From positions 1,178,001-1,242,000 of the forward strand of contig CM102288.1 of the NCBI GenBank assembly GCA_046563655.1: a stretch of 64,000 bases of DNA. The letters are read 5' to 3'. Shown here piece by piece: positions 60,101 through 64,000 of the stretch (positions are counted from its first letter, which is position 1; each line of letters starts with the position of its first letter). The position numbers and the translations under genes are program-made. The notes beneath the pieces are model-generated. The model was not told the origin of the DNA and made no database searches. It saw nothing but the letters and a program-made list of their open reading frames with translations. This DNA is from Yuukianura sp. NJ FZ-2021. Taxonomy: Eukaryota.

Positions 60101-61504
60101 ATGAAATTTTTGAAGTAAAATTTCGGAAACTGCTTCAGTTTTGATACTGAAGTTGAAGAGAAATTTTGACAAGCCTTCATTTTCTGAAGTTTTCAATTTG
60201 TCATTTTTGAAAAATTATTTTCAAAACCTTTTTTTTTTTGAAATTTCAGAACCAATCAAACTCAACGGAAAAAGTCTGAGTTCTCACCACTTTACTTTCA
60301 CCGACAAACTACTCAACATGCGCATTGACAACGCAATGTTGCACATCCTAGTCAAGTTCCAAGATGGCGCAAGTCCACTTCTGCGCAAAGGAGAATTTTA
60401 CATTAGGGTTATGCAGCTCGTGTCGGAAAAGAGAGGAGAGTCGCCTGTATTTAATAACTATGGGTGAGTTTTCAAAATAAAACAGTAAAAATAAAATTCA
60501 AAAAACACTTTTTTTCATGACTTCTTGTTTGTTTTTAGCCCCGTGAAAGCCATCGCGCATCCTCCACAACCCGGCCAAAATCATTTCCGACACGAGAATT
60601 CTCGGTGGATTCAAATTGACGTGCGTCAAGTTTTTAGTAAATGGATAGGCAATTCTCCTGGAACGGCGTCACGCAAAATTGCACTAGTTTTTGATGTAAC
60701 GGATGCTTTTCAGAAGCACATTTCAGATGTGACCATAGCCAGTGGAACTAACATCAGCGTCAATGAAGTAACATTCTAAAACCTAACATTTCGTTATGCT
60801 CGATTGTGGGCACCTCGGTTGACGTAAACAAAAACTAACAAGATTGTAACCACGAAAGTAAAGTTATAAAGACCTTAAAAAATGTTCTGAATTACGTCAA
60901 CTGCTGTGACTTAACCTTAAAATATTAAATATTTTGTTACGTTCGATTATGGGGTGTACATTGGTTGACGTAAACAAAAAATTCCAGATTTGTAACCATG
61001 AAATCACAGAGTTGTTAAAGTTTTGAACTTAAGTCAGCTGATGTAGCCTATTCTATTAACATAAAAATAATCTAAATGTTGTTGTCAATGTTAATTTGAC
61101 TTTATTTTTGTTTGTGTTTTCAGAATCCGTTTCTCGAGGTTGAAGTGAGTGAAGAAGGAAGGTCGCGTGTGACCCGTGACCTTGGATTAGACTGTCTGGA
61201 GAGTTCAAAGGAGACAAGATGCTGTCGATATCCGCTAACAGTGGACTTTGATGCATTTGGATGGGACTGGGTCATTGCTCCGAAGCAATACGAAGCCAAC
61301 TACTGTTCAGGGGAATGTCCATTTGCATTTCTTCAGAAATATCCACACAATCATATTGTTCAACAAGTCAATCGTGGAATTGGTGGACCATGCTGTACAG
61401 CTCGCAAGTTGTCGCCAATCACAATGCTCCATTTTGATCAAGATGGCAACATTGTCTTTAGTGTTTTACCGGGAATGCTCGTGGATCAGTGTGGCTGTTC
61501 CTAA
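57147..61504 (+). CDS. myo: Myoglianin / myostatin-GDF11-type TGF-beta ligand precursor (4 exons)
   Basis: Exons 57147-57672, 60250-60463, 60539-60767 and 61124-61504. Signal peptide; prodomain [16 protein letters not shown] and [11 protein letters not shown]; furin site RVTR; mature domain DLGLDC...[34 protein letters not shown]...GPCC...VDQCGCS*. Confidence 0.93.
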
Positions 61505-64000
61505 GAAAAGACGGATTTTCATAACTATTCTTCAAATTTGTTAGGTTTAGAACAAATTTTATCTAAACACAATTTGTTCTAAATCAGTTACCAATATTTG
61601 TATACTCAAACATCACCACTCTTTTTTGAATTTCTTCAAAAGTACAACTTAGCTTGTAAACAAATTTTGTTTGAATCAAGTGTCGGACGGAAAGTTTTCG
61701 TGATAACTTTGTTTTGAACAAAGTTTAGAACAAATGGAGGCGGAAGTGGAGCGTTTGAGCGGGAGTGATACAAGTTCAATACTACGTAAACTAACCACCT
61801 CAATCAATATGTTATGCACTGTCTTCGCGTTTCAAAGTCTTTTTTTAAATGTTAACTTTTACTAGATGTATTCTAATATATTAACATTTTATATTTTGTA
61901 TTTTAAGAAAATTAAGAAAAATTATGTCCAAAAACTAACCGTAGGTTACTAGTGTTAAATTAGTAGCATAACCAGTGTAAATTATTTTACCTTTGGCTGA
62001 GTAGCTGCCAGTTAGTTTAATTCTTTAGCTATTTGGTTTAAATTTTTAGAAATTTTGAACTGTTTCGACAAACCTGCAGAAACTTTAGGTGTTGACCTTA
62101 ACAGGAAAGTTTTACGAAAACATAGAAAAAGATGGTGGTTTAGTCCATCCATTTGTTTCCAATTTCAAGTGATATTTTAGTAGGAAGAAAAAAACGCAAC
62201 ACTCGTTGTTTTGATGTTAAGATGGTGTTTGCGTTATAATGAATTGTAAAATGTAACTTTATGAACTAGGAAATTGTTGGCTATCAGTTGCAAACTTTAG
62301 TTACTTGATTATAGCCAACTTGGTTTGAAAGTCTAGTAAGCAAAGATGTTTTACTTAAGGACAAAGCAGGAGATATTATGGACAAGAATAAAGTGATGTG
62401 AAACTATAAATGTGAGTTACAAAGTCCAAATTCTTACCAAAAGAAAATCTTTTTCTGAAAATTTCAAAATTTGGAAAATTTTAAAGCTTTAATTATCCAT
62501 ATTACAGCCTCTAAGGGGCAAATCTCAACTGTTAAATTCCACCCCATGAACTTTAAAATTACTTTCCAAAAATGTTGTAATTGCTGTTAAACTTTTTAAG
62601 AATTTCGACATCCTAAATATCTGAAGCGATTTTTAGTACTTTGTTTTAAATAATTCCCGTTTTTAACCTTCCAAATTCCAAATTTTACGAAAAGTATTCC
62701 AGTTTGACTTTGTTTCAACTTTCAAATGAAAATCAGAGGTCAGTCGGTCCGTTTTTGTTCAATTTTTGTTGGTGTTTTGCAAATTAGAGAAAGGAGTTTG
62801 GATTGGTTGAAAAGCAAGAAGTATTTAGCATTATTTTTCGGAGTCTTTTTGAATTGTACGATTTTGAGGAGCATAGTTTAAAGTGTAAGAGGGCGAAGTG
62901 GTTGGTTGAAGATGATGAAGCGACGGCATCTGTATCCTCAAAGCACATACAATTGTCGGCAAATTCCCTTTGATCTTTACTTCCTTTTTTTCTTTACTTT
63001 TGGAACACAAGGAGACACCGCACCAGCAGCTCCTACTTCCAACTTCATCAACAAATCCAACCAGCATCACAGTTCTCACAATAACAAACCATCTTTAACA
63101 TTTCAAAATTTTAAAAGTAAATACATTTCCAAAATCCAAAGTTTAACGGAACTTCGGAACCACAAAAACTCCGAACTCCGATTGTTTTTTCGGTGTCGGG
63201 TCACGTTCGTTTTTGTTAGTCATCTCACCACGACCAGCTTCTGTATGTTTTACTATGTAATGTAAATACAACACGATGTGTATACATGTATACACTTCAG
63301 CTTGGCCCTCTCGAAATCAAAAATTTGAAATTTTTTAGCACCGGAAATTTGAAATTTTTTTGGCAATAAATAAATCAAAATTATTAAAAAAAATCGTTGC
63401 AATTTTGTAAAACCTGAACTTCTGACCGAAGTAACTATCAAAACGACACAAAATCAATCAACTTCAAAATAGAAATTGTATTTGGGTTGCATCGTTTACA
63501 AAAAAAATGCTGAACCAAAATTTTCTTTTCGGAGTAATTTTTTTTCGTTATGAAATATTAAAAACTATCGTTAGCATAAGGCAGCCATATAGTTTTTAGA
63601 GATTGAGATTTCCAAATTTTAAGTAATTTAGGAAAAAAAGAAGTTCGAAAAGGTTTTTTTTTTTGAAAAACTCTTTCTCTTTCCTAAAACCAAATGTGTT
63701 TGGCCTAAACCGCATTAGTTTTCTCTGTGTCACAGAGTTGGACGCTGTCCTTATACTCTTACTACTACTCAAAGAGGTGCACAAGAAAACTTCGACTCAG
63801 TTGACATTCAAAGTGACTCAGGTCAACAAGCCCCTCAACAGCTCTCCATATTTTCAAAAAAGAAAGTTCAAAATTTTGAACAATTATTTGTCTTCTATAA
63901 AAATGGCAAAATTTACCAACTTTGTTCCAATTCTTATAATTTTGACATCCATCACAGCTCTGCCCACAAGCACCAACAGAGTACTAGATTTTCAAACATT

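Noticed and set aside
60785..61020. Two diverged ~90-bp direct repeats in a myoglianin intron; short tandem repeats at 3770-3870
   Set aside because: Ordinary local duplications with no further structure.
4656..61504. Functional linkage of Jiraiya (BMP receptor modulator) and myoglianin
   Set aside because: The genes are 50 kb apart with about ten unrelated genes between them; there is no evidence beyond a shared pathway class.
62831..63850. Exon-like segments and short ORFs near the window end
   Set aside because: I could not assemble a consistent spliced frame or recognise any product.

Overview
AT-rich eukaryotic (animal) genomic DNA with many short GT-AG introns. It is most likely a hexapod arthropod, and a springtail (Collembola) is my inference from gene content. 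I could splice 11 apparently intact protein-coding genes by hand: Kunitz inhibitor, TMEM221/Jiraiya, copper amine oxidase, DM4/DM12 protein, group-7-allergen-like protein, RasGRF, GH55 beta-1,3-glucanase, PDE9, SNAP-25, TEX10/Ipi1 and myoglianin. There are also two intronless ORFs (Myb/SANT-like and a Cys-rich secreted protein) and a DHCR24 3' gene remnant. The most notable items are two intron-containing enzymes of microbial type, a fungal-type GH55 exo-beta-1,3-glucanase and a bacterial/fungal-type TPQ copper amine oxidase. Both sit among ordinary metazoan genes and are horizontal-transfer candidates. Other points of interest are a young tRNA-derived SINE with poly(A) tail and target-site duplication, several MITEs, a composite minisatellite/(CCTAA)n repeat in a PDE9 intron, and a possible alternative last exon that would truncate SNAP-25. 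There is no CRISPR array, rRNA or intact tRNA. All family calls come from motif recognition by eye; no database searches were run.
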